From the NCBI GenBank assembly GCA_964658305.1, contig OZ210884.1, positions 682,001 to 746,000 on the forward strand: a DNA stretch of 64,000 nt, written 5' to 3'. Below the pieces are notes generated by a model that saw nothing but the letters and a program-made list of their open reading frames with translations, had not been told where the DNA came from and ran no database searches. Source of the stretch: Leptogorgia sarmentosa (taxonomy: Eukaryota). Below, piece after piece: positions 51,301 to 64,000 of the stretch; position 1 is the stretch's first letter; the number at the start of each line of letters is the position of its first letter. The translations under genes and the position numbers were made by a program.

Positions 51301-54300
51301 TCTACACAAACGGACAAACCTTCGTCACCCCCTTCGTCGTCACCATCATCGTCGTTATAATCATCGTCACTGTCGTCATCATCTAATAAAGCTTGTTCTG
51401 GTGAGATGAAAAAACTCCGCTTAGTACATATGTAGCTATATACAGTCGCACTTCTGGTCAGCGGACACCAACGAGAAACGGTTCTAGCATCCGTTATCAG
51501 AGGTATCAATTACCGACAGAGGTAAATAATTGTTTTAGTATAATTTTACTTTTTGGTAGTAAAATTTGTTAAACAATGCGTAAATCAAGTTAAATATTGT
51601 GCCATGCACTTCCGTCATGAATAAGATCTACTTCCTTTCTAAAATCATCGTAAATTCATTAAAACAACAAGCCTTAGATGGCTGAGTGGCGAGGGAAGTG
51701 CATTAAATTTACAAAAAAGATCATGCACGATACAAACAGCTAAAATTAAAACGTTGGAGAAACGTTCATTGTTGTTTAAAGTGATGAAGTGTGAATGAAC
51801 ATGACTGGAATGTCACCCCAGAATTGAATTGGGTGAATTTGTCGCTCCTTCTTTGTAATTCGTAGCTTATAACTCGTGAGTTTTACATTACCAAACAAAT
51901 TATTTGTTTTGTAAAATTCCATATTTCAGTATTTCCTCAAAATCGATCAGCAGAAATAAAAATGATTTTCGGCCGCCATGTTGGAAAAAAGCCTCAGATT
52001 TACTACAGTCAGACAGCCAATCAAAATGCTTTAAAACCATTATAGTTACTGCTGAAATTATACTAAATTATATTATTGATAATCAAGGTTCAATCTGTCT
52101 TTTCTCATTGGTTATAAAGCGTGATCTGTTCAAAAACTGTGATCTGTTCGTCATTTCAGTCAATTCAGTGATGAACAAATATTTTACGTTTGTGTTCTAC
52201 ACGACTGTGGTAGTGTAGGGGCTAACCAGCCATATAGGTGCTAGGTTAAATGCACAGTATTATTATACGCAATATATAGTTTTGTTTTATGATCGTCAAA
52301 TCGCACTTACTTTCATACGATCTTTGCAATCCAGAAAATATCATTAACATAGAAGGTAAAATTTGCGATGCACAATCATGCAGTCCTTTAGGTCTTAAAG
52401 AACTGTTTATACCAAGAATAGAGCACAACCCAAGAACAAACATTTTGCGATCATGTAAACTGCAAGGAAAAAAACAAGAACCAAATTTATTCATTAGCTA
52501 CAACAATTTGTTTCCGTCTAGTTTTTTAACCGAGTCTAACAGCAGGCTCGAGGGGCCAACAAACTCGTGTTACACTTTGACAAATAGACTTTTGAAGTGC
52601 TTAGAGGTCGTACACGAATCGTGCCGACACGTAGCGTATGTCATTGTCTCCGACACGTAGCGTATGTCATTGTCTCCTGAGCAGTGAAGTTGATCTAATG
52701 CCTTCGACACAAAAGAAAATGCTCCGTTCCGTTCCGTTCCGTTACGTTACGCTTGAAGTGGAAAACGGTATTACGCAAGTCACACGGTTTTTCCATGCAA
52801 GTAAGTTAAATTTAATCCCACGTGTTTCCCACATTGCATTGCGATTACAATTGGTACAAATATATGTTATTTACCGGCTGGGAGGTCCGGATAGAAAAAT
52901 ATTTTGTCGAGGTATCAAAACCAAGCCCAAGGCAGAAGACCGTTTTGGAGACCTCGACAATTTTATTTCTATCCGGACCGACCTAAACGATTAATAACGG
53001 ATTTATTTTTTTGCTGCGCAATGCTATAATCAAATTCATAAGAAATTCCAGTGTTGCGAACTAGATTTGAGATCAGTTGTGTTTGTTTACTTTGTTACTC
53101 CATCGCAAGTATGGCTGCCAAACCGTCAAGGCGAAGTGAAAAAACCATCTCAGTTTTGGTATAATTGCTGCTTTTTCGGCGCTTTCCCGATATATGAGCA
53201 ACCGAAATATAAATAGAGAGTAAATAACCTCGACCCAAACCACTATTCCACTCTTTTTCACTCAACATGACAATAAAAAAAGGTGAATTTATTAAAATTA
53301 TTTATCTTCCTTTTCATTTCACGATAGAAACATGGTTGAAGTATGCTTTAATACGACACAGAAATATTTCGCCGAAAATGTTTTCTTCGTACAGTCTATT
53401 GTTTTTTGTAAATCAGCAGCGGGCAGAATCCTAGCGTTTTCTGCAATCTGATTGGCTGCAGCAGCGGGCGGAATTTTACGATATTTGACCGCGCTCCGGA
53501 ATCCTAAATACGTAATGGCCGAAGTAAATCAAAAATCTTTTGTATGTTTGTTTTAACGGCAAAAAATGCAATATATATCGAAAACCTGCAGTTTATCCTG
53601 ACTTAAATTCATCCTTTTTAAAAAATACTATAACCAGTTGATTTACATAAGTGTAAGGTTCATTTCAATTCTATATATTTTTAGAAATAAGTTTTAATCT
53701 TTCAATGCGGTAACAATTTCCGTACTTTTTTTGCCAACAACTTTCGAAATTTTACTGCATTTAAAGGGTTCTTTCCGAGAGTTCCATTTTTCTTGACTGG
53801 ATGGAAAAGTAGTCTGTTATGCAAATGGTCTATTAAGGATTTAGCTGCGGGTCCACTCTCGGGGTCTCCCACCGGACAAATAATACCCATCGCGTGAGAA
53901 GGAAGACCACATAATGGCCCAAAGAATTTGATGCTTCGTTTCTACGAATATAATTGATATATTGCAATACATACCCCAAAAAGCAATTAGCGTCGCCCAT
54001 CCACTGTGCGAAGAATTGGACAGTTATTGGTTCGTTAGATTCTGGCAGATGCAATTTATCCAATATTGTTGTAAGAAATGTTGGATTATAGTAAAGTGTA
54101 GCCACGACCTAAAATTTCGTACAATTTTTAGTTTATTCTTGTAAGAACAATCCTTCAACAGGGACGCAACAATAAAATTAAATGTTGAGTTTGTCTGATT
54201 TGATCGAAATTTCACAATTACACATCAAACTTGTTTTAGGAATTTTTTAAAATCCGCCTTAGAACTGTAAAATACTTTACGCCCAAGCACTTAAGCGGCA

Positions 54301-57300
54301 CAAAAATGGTTCGACCCCAGAAAATGGACATAATGACTATAGACTCACCACTTGCAAACACATAACTCTTAATTCACTGGTGACAACATTTCTTGTAAGT
54401 CTCGCCAAAGCCACCTGAGCAAACGGTGTAATCCACTGAAACAGGTAAACAATAATTTCAATTTTAAAAATTCCTGGTTTCCAATTGGCTAACAGCCCAC
54501 TGTAACGTTGTCGTATCAACTCAATCGCTAATCGAATATGGATTTTTCACATCTATACCAGCAAAATGACGTCGAAGAGTAAATATGAAAAAATATCAGA
54601 CGCGTCTGTGCTCAATGTATATATCAGTTAATAACCTTATTCAGTAATAGTTAAATATTGACTCGTGCATTCCATAAACAATTTATAAAATATCCTATAG
54701 CTACAGTATAGATCACTTCCGAATATTTTCACTTAGCCACAATCTGCTAATCACATATACCTCACGCGCTTTCTTGATTTCATACCTGATCGATACGCCC
54801 AGGAAACTGCAATATCGCGACTTCTAAAAGTTTAGCAGCATAGGCCTGCGCATCCTCCCCGCTATCATCGTCTGACAGGATCTAAAACAGTTGAGCACAC
54901 GACATTGAAAGCGACACAAACATACCAAATCTTTGCCGTGTCACGAATCTTTTTAGAAAGAACACGTGCATTTTAGAACCTCCTTTCTTTTTTACAAATT
55001 TGCCAACGCATCAACCCGCATTGGTCTAACACCAAGCAATCTTACTCGTCAAGACTCGAGAGTGCTGTCATGTAGGCACGAGTTAAAGTATTCTATAACC
55101 TATACCCTTTTAACGTTATTCTTTTAACTTAATGCTCGATCATTTATAATGAAAGATGCTGACTGCTGGGCCCTACTAGCACAGCTAGCAGAGCAAAAAA
55201 TGTGGAGCCTGCAGTTCAACAGGATTGAACACATTGTTCACTACTTCCCATATTGTTCATGGCTAACTGAACATGAATGCTGATTGCTGAACAATATGTG
55301 TTGACGAACGAAGTTCGAGTTTAGAATCTTAATGACGCCGCTGACATATAGCTGCGCGGGCTTTTCTTTTTTCTTTAAAATATTTCGTGTAGTTGTAAGT
55401 TTTCATAGTAAAATATTATTGTAATCTCTCGTGTTTCTGCCTTATTGCTCTGCCCTTCCGACCGTCCGTTCATTCGGGAACAATATGTTGGCAACTACGA
55501 ACAATATTGGCAGTAAAACATTGTTCAATCCTGTTCTCAACAACATTGCAACAAGTTGGTCATTTTTTGCCGTGTACTACAAATATATTTGACGCAGGTA
55601 ACTTGCAAATGTGTTCAAAAAATCGACGACAAATAATAAAAAAATATCTTACCTTTTGACACATTGTGTAAAGTATCTCCATATTTTTGGGGTTGGAAAG
55701 AAATACCTCCGCATCAACTGTCAAATAATTATGCAAAGGACTACACATATCTGAAAGTGAAATTTTAGGAAGGTGTCAAATACGAACTTTAGTTTTAAAA
55801 ATTTTTAGGCAAAATGATTTTGAATGGTTTTGAAAATAGCAAATTGAAGATTAAACTACTTTAAAGGCAATTCCAGCTTTTAATTCATCATGGTTTATAT
55901 AAGTCATTCCTTTCCGCGACAAGAATTCAGCAGCGTGACTGGTCTACCCGCTCCCCGCTCCAATTAGATTATTCCGCGAAAAAGTAGCTTCGTTCTTAAA
56001 TTCACTTTGCGTCACGGCGTCAAAGCAGTTGTCCAGAATTTTGATTTAGCAAGAAGCGTTACAACGTCTGGAACATCTGATTGTATTCGAAAATAGTTTC
56101 TTTTTCGCTTATTCAATTTTACAACTGGTTAGGGAAATCCACATCCTTATGCTACTGTGTAAATACTTGGAACAAATGAAATAATGGAGAATTCGTTAAT
56201 GGCCGTCGAATCGAATTTTTATAGACTTCAGATTCAAATACAATTTATAAATGACTGGTTAACTTGCCGTCAAATTTTCGCGGTTCCGTGGATTTCGCGT
56301 AAATATATAGAAATGGACGAATTGCAGTCTAAAAATTCGCCCGGCAATTCTGAATTGAAAACTTGCGCAATTAAACTTTCGACCTCATAGAATAAGATAG
56401 GAAATCTCATGAAAAGATGTTCGTTAAAATCAGTAAATTGCAATTGAAAATTTAGCTATCTCTGTAGGGTGTGTATAATTTGTATAGCTACTGCGCACAG
56501 AATGTGCATGTAAAAACTGCAGCAAAAACTCCAATTGTAGAGGAATCCAAACAAGACTGGGATGAAATTGGGTAAAACAAACTTGGTTGTTTTATCAATG
56601 GCCATTAATCTCGTCTTAGACGAATTTTTGAATTAGGAAAATTCATTAGCACAGTTGAAAAGAGCATAATAAGTTTAGCAAAACTGTGAAGTTCGGTTAA
56701 AACACAGTCATTTAAAGATTACGAATTTTGTACACTTTTGTCCCACGCACGGAAAGCTCATAATACAGAGAAACAAGACTAGAAAAAACGGTCAACACAA
56801 ACCTGTAAAGAAATCATAGCCATCTCTTTCGAAAGCTTCGTACATTAAATAATATAGTGTCCACATTAACGGCGATATTTGATACAACGTTGCCGTGACC
56901 ATGATAGTCAGCACATCTTCGTAAAAATCTATGAAATGTTATCAAAGCATGATTGGATTGCAAGAGTTAGGACAATTACGACGTTCTTTCTTTTGAGGCG
57001 AAATCAAACAAAATAAGGACAATGTATACGACCAATGTTTGGGACAACTGCTCTAAATCTTCCGTAGATAAGCTACAAAAATTGCAAAATCGTGCAGCAA
57101 GAATACTAACATTTTCTAACTATGACACTGACGCCGATTCACTCATTAATAATCTTGGATGGAGAAAACTAGACTCTCAACGTAAAATTTAAAAAGATGC
57201 TATGGTCTATTAATCTCTTAACGGACTAAATCCCGATTATTTACAATCCTTGTTAACTATCGCAATAATGTGACCAACTACATTTTGAGAGACCCCGAGG

Positions 57301-60300
57301 GCAAATTAACTATTCCAATGCCCCGCACCCACTGTGGAACAATTTACCAATTCATGTAAGACAAGCTGTTACTCTCAAACAATTCAAAGCCGACTGCAGT
57401 AAATATTTTGTATAATTATGTATATAGTATAACGCCACAGCACTCATGGAAAGCAGGATATGTCATGTAATTGTTGTCTTTTGTAATTTTTATTCTATAT
57501 AATTGTAATACCTGGGGCAGGTTGTATAAAACTCTTAACTATCCGTTTCGTAGTTAATGGTAGTCAACTTTGAAATACGCGTTTCTGATTGGTCAATTTT
57601 CGCACTTAACTATAGTGCAAAACATCCGGTTTTACCGTGGTTAAATAAAGTTTTTGATAAATAAACTTTGACGTTAAACTATTTCAAGGTAGGAAAAAAT
57701 CACTAAAAAATTTATTCACGATTTCACGAAAACAAAAACAGCAAACCTATTAAAATGTTGAAAGTTAATAAAAACATTTGTTTTTATGCAAATCGTGTAC
57801 AAAATCGTGTATCATGCAAATCGTGTACAAAAACGAATGGAAGACATTTAAAGAGTTTACTATGGTCTCAGGCATTTGAGCTTAAAACAAAAGAGAAAGA
57901 CGTAGGTTGAAATACATAATGCCATACAATAAACTTTTACTGGCCTCGCTTACTGAGTCCGTGCAGAAACTATCACACCTCAGTCTTATTGTAAAAACTT
58001 ATCCGTACAAAAAAGATCTCGGTCTGACATTCCTTCCTACAACAGTCATAGCGCTCGGTTAACAAATAGCTATTTCACTTTTTACGATGTTATTTTATCA
58101 ATACACCCTTTTGGAAAACATATATACGTCAGTAGACTCGAAAGCGAGGCTATTTTTGATATCTTAACTAGTGAAGTAATATCCTCTGTTTAGAAGTTTA
58201 CATACCTATGATCCCTTGTTTCAATACGGCTTCAATTATACTATATATGATTTTTTCCAACTCATCTCGAACCTATAAAGATTTTTAAATTAATTAACAG
58301 CAACAGCAAAAACAAGAGTAACAGCGAACAGACAATAGAAAGAACTAAAGAGACCTTGAACTACAGGACGAAAGCATGATGGCGGTGGCTGTTATTAATA
58401 CAAGGAAATTTGTGAGAGAATGGATTGTATGTATAGTTACTTACTTCTTTAGACTCAATTACAGATATCATTGTATCGAAGTTTGTTAAAATTCCCATCG
58501 CTGTGATGGCTTTATCATCCGATTCTTCGGAATCGAGTAGATTTTTAAAGGTCATGGCCTAAAGAAATCCAAGTAGGTTCTAATTATGATTTACTTAAAG
58601 TATTTCAGGTCGTTTGATTGGTTAATTATGGTCACGTGATATTGAATAGAAAGTTCCATTTCCCAAGAGTGCAATCTGTGTTTTCAGTAACTCCCATCCT
58701 TCAAAACGCTCTTCGGACAGTGATCGCAGTTTATTTACCCCCAATTCTCGACGTCAGGTAAATGCGATTTATCTTGTCAAAATACACCAAAATGGCGGCA
58801 GCTTGCAATAAATCTTTTGTTATTTTGGTATTATATAAAACAAATAATGAATGTTTCTATTCGTGCAATGGTAAGAATATTTTCATTCGTTGGAAGAATG
58901 AAATCTCTTTGAATAGAACATTCCATTCAATTCACCTCATGAAAATATTCTTACCATTGCACTCATAAACATTCATTATTTGTATAATATTATATGGCCA
59001 ATGTTCCCGAGCGGCCCATCTGCCATCTTCTGATTGGTTCAAACCAACAGTATGGACAGCTCAGTTTTGACGCCAGCTGTTTACCCACGAATCGAGTGAC
59101 GGCGAACACGAATATATTAAAAACATGTTTGAACTTTGTTCTTTATTGGTCAACCAATAGCGCTGTAACGAACAATTTTTGCAGACCTTCGCTGTTCTTG
59201 GCTTGACTGACAAGTAATATATATATAATTTCCCGTCTTTACTTTGGCCAGATAATAACTACTTTGTCATTAGGCCTTAGGAAATATGGAGCATTTCCAT
59301 GCCAGTTGAAAAAAAAAACAAATCTAGTGAAGAGAAGTGAGTATCCAGCTCTCTTGCAAATGAGCCGAGATCTATCAAAAACCGCCTTTGATCTTAGTTC
59401 AGTTATTAAATATTTAAACTTTTCCAAACAGAAGAAACATATTGCATTTTAAAGAAAGATAATTTCCTTCCATACCAAATGTTGTGCGATTATCACAGCC
59501 ATTTGTCCAAGTCTTGGATCGTCTTGGTATTGTTTTATAAGATCTTGTAAGGCGTCGGTCAAGTCGTCGTTTTCGGTTTCCCGAATCACGTTTAACAGCT
59601 CTTGTGAAAAGAGATTTTGAAAAAAACGAGGTTATATCAAAATAATCCCCGGATATTATTCAAAGATACAAGACTCCCTATTTGGTAAGGAATTTCTTCG
59701 AAGAAGAAAGAATAAGAAATTCCGCGAGCATTCAATACCTATGAAGCATTGAAACCACAAAAAGACATTAATAAAAATCTTTCTCTCTCATGGAAATTCG
59801 GTACACTAGAAATGCGATAATTTCAAAATATTGCTCGCAAAATATCTCAATATATCTTTTCTCAAATTGCGTTTTAAATCATTCTCTCACCTATATATAT
59901 ACGCGTACAACAATATAATCATATTTTCCTGAGTTCCGTACACATGCAGTACTCACCTTGAATAACCGCTTGCATATATGGTTGAATGTAATCTTTGGCT
60001 GAAAGCAGAAAATAAACACCACAATATAAGTTATTTTTTTGACGTGAAGTTTGAGCAATATGATTACCTTAGAGCTACGTATAAATTCTTACAAAGATTG
60101 AAATGATTTTCGGTTGCCCTAATCAACTCACAAACTTCGATCGGCACACTGAAAGAATACTTCGAAATCAAAATTCAATCTATCAGACTGAAATTTCAAA
60201 CTGTTGAAAATTTGAAATTTTGAATCTTTTGAAGTAAGAGTAATTTCGTTAGTTGTGCTGATGAACTACCAACGCACCTTTATCTTGTCTCCTGATGAAG

Positions 60301-60963
60301 AATTGCAACGCTAAAGCAGCCTCGACTTTGACAGGCAGTTCTTTGTCGTGCAGCAGACAGACTCTTACGCTCTCTACTGCACGCTGAAGACTCGCTTCGT
60401 TTTTAAATCGGATTCGACTGAAATAGTTTAATACCCAACACGCCTAAATAAAAGCAAGTTCATATAAATTATGACATTTACAAAGAGCAAAACGCTTTTT
60501 ACGATGGCGTCAAAATCCGGGGAAAGTGCAGGTGAAAGTCTTGAAATGAAGAAACAAGCAGGAAATTCACAAACTCAGGGTTTAACATTCAAGAGTTAGC
60601 GCTAATCCAGCTTACAGTAACCAGCCCAACGAAAATCATGCAGTAAGTAACGAGCAGTAGCTATTGTCTATGTTGGTATAATTACCATTTCTAGCTCCTC
60701 CGCTTGGGGTATTCAGCGAACTTAACCCGAGAGGAATATCATCAATAAAGGAAATATTTCGACAAATTGTTGTCTTTTGAAACGCGCAATTTTCCAACAT
60801 TTTGGAGAGCTAAAGCGTGGTTGTCTCGCGTGGTAACCACGAATGATATTCCATATGTAAAAATATCACTTACCCTGGCACGCATAAATCCCAACTCACT
60901 ACTCGTCTCAGAAAAGACGTGATGAACAAGCATCGACTCCATATGGTCTTTGTACTTCTTTTT
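48390..60963 (-). CDS. IPO7: Importin-7/8 family nuclear import receptor, 3' part (17 exons, ~589 aa); 5' exons lie beyond the window
   Basis: Exons (high to low): 60874-60963, 60278-60443, 59957-59998, 59476-59600, 58445-58558, 58206-58272, 56803-56928, 55653-55750, 54786-54881, 54349-54435, 53975-54108, 52311-52459, 51320-51397, 50387-50457, 49675-49801, 48991-49107, 48390-48472; sum 1770 nt in frame. Motifs: GFMRARACWVL, ELPVKVEAA, IRETENDDLT, DDKAITAMGIL, PLHNYLTVD, SELRVMCLQV, FLGLHDRKMFVLGL, acidic loop, GGYNFANTTVPSNFSFG*. Confidence 0.94.
50503..51148. mobile_element. Tc1/mariner-like MITE; related fragment at ~48705-48970
   Basis: TIR CAGGGTGTATAAAAAAAGT/ACTTTTTTTATACACCCTG; TA TSD not intact. 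Confidence 0.75.
57035..57510 (+). mobile_element. 3' fragment of a CR1/L2-like LINE
   Basis: Translates as WDNCSKSSVDKLQKLQNRAARILTFSNYDTDADSLINNLGWRKL and then decays. Confidence 0.8.
58830..58994. repeat. Palindromic dispersed repeat; related copy at ~4912-5060
   Basis: ACAAATAATGAATGTTT..GTGCAATGGTAAGAATATTTTCAT / ATGAAAATATTCTTACCATTGCAC..AAACATTCATTATTTGT. Confidence 0.7.
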
Positions 60964-61049
60964 CTGAAGCGGAAAGATGAAAAGGCGCTTAAACAATATT
61001 AGACATCAAAGACAACATGAAAATGGCCTGCTGTGCCTATGAATGGATT

Positions 61050-63931
61050 ATTATTATACAAGAAACTAGTTATTTGCGTTATTTGGAGTATCAATATTTA
61101 CACGTTATAAAATTTAGAAATCTATCAGTTTTTATATGGTTCAAACAGTTCGGTTCGCCTATATGTCTTAAATTGTAATCATGGTTAATATTGGTACGAC
61201 TATATTTGAAAAGTGCTGCAAGGGGGGGGGGGGGGGGCAGATAATTTATTGTCACTAGCAAATTTCTTACAAATAACATTTCTTCTGTTATCCAATGTTT
61301 CCAGAGCAGACTCTTCGTATTGTAAACCACGAAGGATTATGTTTAGGGCGCGCTTTTGGACTCTTTCTACTTTCAAGGTTAGGTAATCAGGGATCGCAGA
61401 CCAAACAGGAACTGCATACTCTAGGATTGGTCTAATTAAGCTGCAGTATACTTTCAGGAGTTGTGAGCGCCCAACCTTCGCTTTCCTTAATACGCGCAAA
61501 ATAAACAGTCTCTTGTTGGCTTTCTTAACTTTGAGGTCGCAGTGAACATTCCATGTGAGATCATTGCTTATATAAACACCAAGTAGCTTAAATGAGGCTA
61601 CAGTTTCAATTGTGGTTTCACCGATTTAGAGTGCGTCACGGAGGAAGTCAATAATCATTTCTTTACACTTCTTCGGGTTCAAACGCATACCTCTTGTACC
61701 AGCATTCTCACTAATGTTCTTGATCAACACAGAGGTTATACTAGGGGAGCATCTTGGAACAAACTCGATAGTCGTAAGATCATCCCAAAATTCCAGTCCT
61801 GCAGTAGACTGTTAACCAGTACAGCGAATAGAATGGGCCCAAGTTTGGTACCTTGAGGTATACCACTATTTGGATACTTAAAACGAGGATTTTGTGTCGC
61901 GGATACGAACGCATCGTTTCCTTTTCCGTGAGGAAGGCTCTAATCCATCTTACTGGGCGTACGTTCAATTTTTCCAACTCGGCGATTAGAGTGTTATGAT
62001 CGACTAAGTCGAATTTACACGAAAATCAGCAAAGAAAGCTCTGACTGAGCAACCGCCTCGATCGAGGGTTTCTAGAGCGTTATGTAATAGGAAGACTAGT
62101 GCTTGCGTTGTGGAGCGTCCCTTGACAGCGACCTGGTATGGATCGATCTCATCACCAATGTCACTTAACAAGGTGAAACGTTCCATTATTTTAGCTATCT
62201 GCGGCGTCAGTGATATAGGGCGTAGGTCTTTTTCGATCGTTTTGGGTGGCGCGCATTTGGGCATTGGAGAGATAAATCATCATAAGTCATCACTTTAGTA
62301 TTTCTGGAATTTTTGCTTGTTCTAAAAAGCTGTTGTAGATGCCCTTACGAAAAATACACATGTAAAAACCCACATGTGAAACACATGTGGTTCACATGTG
62401 GAATTGGAACAATCACATATGATTCACATATGATTCACATGTGATTCACATGTGTTTCAAATGTGGGTTTTTACATGTGTTTCAGTTCACATGTGAACAC
62501 ATGTGATTGTCCCAATTCCACATGTGAACCACATGTGAAACACATGTGAATCACATGTGTATTTTTCATAAGGGTGTCGGAAATCACTGGAGATAGTTCA
62601 AACGCAAAGTCTCGAAGTATTCTCTTAGGTATTTCGTCGGGACCACCTGATTTGTGGACCACACACACCAATTAGTTTTCTTCAAGGCACAATGCGCTTC
62701 ATACGGCTCAACAAACATGTCAGGTGTACATTCGACTTGGTAATTGGAATCCGGCTCAAGGGGTTGAAATGACGCTGATAGAATGACAAAGAAGTTGTTA
62801 ATAGCCAATTCTATTGTATCAGCAGACTCACTCAATAAGTGTTCGCACTGTTCGGGTTGACTTACACCATAGCCAATTTTTCTTTACTTCTTTCCATCAT
62901 TTAGACATATGATCGTGATCCTTGATATTATGTACTTTGTTGTTGTAATATGTTCCTTTACATGATCTCACCTCGACTTGTACTTTAATACTCACATTTT
63001 AAACATACGAGCCTTGCAAGGGACGTTTGTCTCTTTTATATTAACATGCAGTTTTAACTTGCTCGACATCCATGGTTTATCATGGGCACCTGTTTTTTGT
63101 TTGTTTAACGGCGGATATGTATTAATGGCGTACATTGTATCCTCATGGAATAGGTTGAATTTATCTTCCCAGTCAACTTGGTTTCGAACCTCCCTCCATG
63201 ATTTATTACGTATCCATCTACCGAATGCACGCAGATTACTGTCTTTCATTTCTCTTTTATATGACTGAAGCTTTTTTACGAGTTTTGACGTTATAGTTAC
63301 GTCTCTTGGCTTAATAAGAATTGCGGAGTGATCATGCACTACTACCAATGTTGGGAAGTTGTGTTGGCTCGTTAAAATAATTAGGTTTATAAACCACACA
63401 AGACACACCAGTCCAATATATTGTTTCCTCTTGTTGGTACTTTAACAAGCTGTGTTAGACCGCATCTCCTTATTAGCGTGGGCACAAGTATATTAGTGCT
63501 GCAGGGATTAAAATCGCCAGCTACGACGCCAGCATCCGGATACTTGTTGAGGAAGAGATCAACATTAGAGTTAATATGTTCAATCAGTAGCTCATCGTCC
63601 TCAGCCTCAGCCGACGGAGGATGGTCGATTACTCCAATCAGAATGGTCGAAGTATGGCGTGGAAGACCATAAGGTGGATCCCCAGGGTCTCAAGGCCTGG
63701 TGACTCAAGGCCAGTCCTCATAAAAATAAAATCAGGAATATTAACTGCCCTATCAGGTATTACGTCAGTTAGCCAAGTTTCAGTGACGGGTATGACATGG
63801 GCGCCGTTTAGCTGAGCAACTGCGTCAAGTTCCTCTATTTTTGAGGTTAACGATCTTACGTTTGCCATTGGTATAGAAGAACAGTTATTACTAGGTGGCT
63901 TCGTACACAGCATGACTGCTCGAAGTTGCAA
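61050..63931 (-). mobile_element. Decayed non-LTR retrotransposon (LINE, CR1/L2-group-like) with APE endonuclease and reverse transcriptase, in an importin intron
   Basis: APE motifs MANVRSL..VTETWL and DHSAIL; RT motifs LRPISLTPQIAKIME, FFADF, GIPQGTKLGP, degenerate xDD, KLLGVYISNDLTW, YCSLIRPILEYAVPVW. Multiple frameshifts and stops. Short (TAA)n tail near 61050. Confidence 0.93.
62342..62574. mobile_element. EnSpm/CMC-like MITE inserted in the LINE
   Basis: TIR CCCTTAYGAAAAATACACATGT, internal CACATGTG repeats, 2-bp TSD TG. Removing it restores the LINE frame (SPVISDIYNSFL). Confidence 0.85.
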
Positions 63932-64000
63932 CTTGGATTCTTATTAAATTATCCCACTTAACGCATTGCCCACGACGTCGTGGGTGGTGTTGGCCAATAC

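Overview
AT-rich, intron-rich animal genomic DNA. The repeat style suggests a marine invertebrate, probably a cnidarian; this is inference, not proven. I reconstructed three protein-coding genes by hand from GT-AG boundaries and frame continuity. (1) A 3-coding-exon SLC49A4/DIRC2-like MFS transporter (+, 3373-6804, ~484 aa). (2) A complete 44-coding-exon CKAP5/XMAP215/ch-TOG microtubule polymerase (+, 8048-46514, ~2028 aa). (3) The 3' 17 exons of an importin-7/8 gene (-, 48390-60963), convergent with CKAP5 and continuing beyond the window. Introns are dense with non-autonomous DNA transposons (hAT, PIF/Harbinger, Tc1/mariner, EnSpm-like, Helentron/HINE-like, and palindromic unclassified families) and LINE remnants, including a long decayed APE+RT LINE at ~61050-63930. 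The long ORFs at 35.2-36.4 kb and 44.1-45.3 kb are artefacts of two 21-bp minisatellite arrays. I found no novel protein-coding system, CRISPR or RNA gene. The most interesting structures are non-coding: two inverted ~0.95-kb arrays tightly bracketing CKAP5 exons 34-42 (dsRNA/circRNA geometry), the dispersed element that carries this array at very different copy numbers, a Helentron-like family with a fold-back palindrome, and a 40-bp minimal hAT-like insertion.
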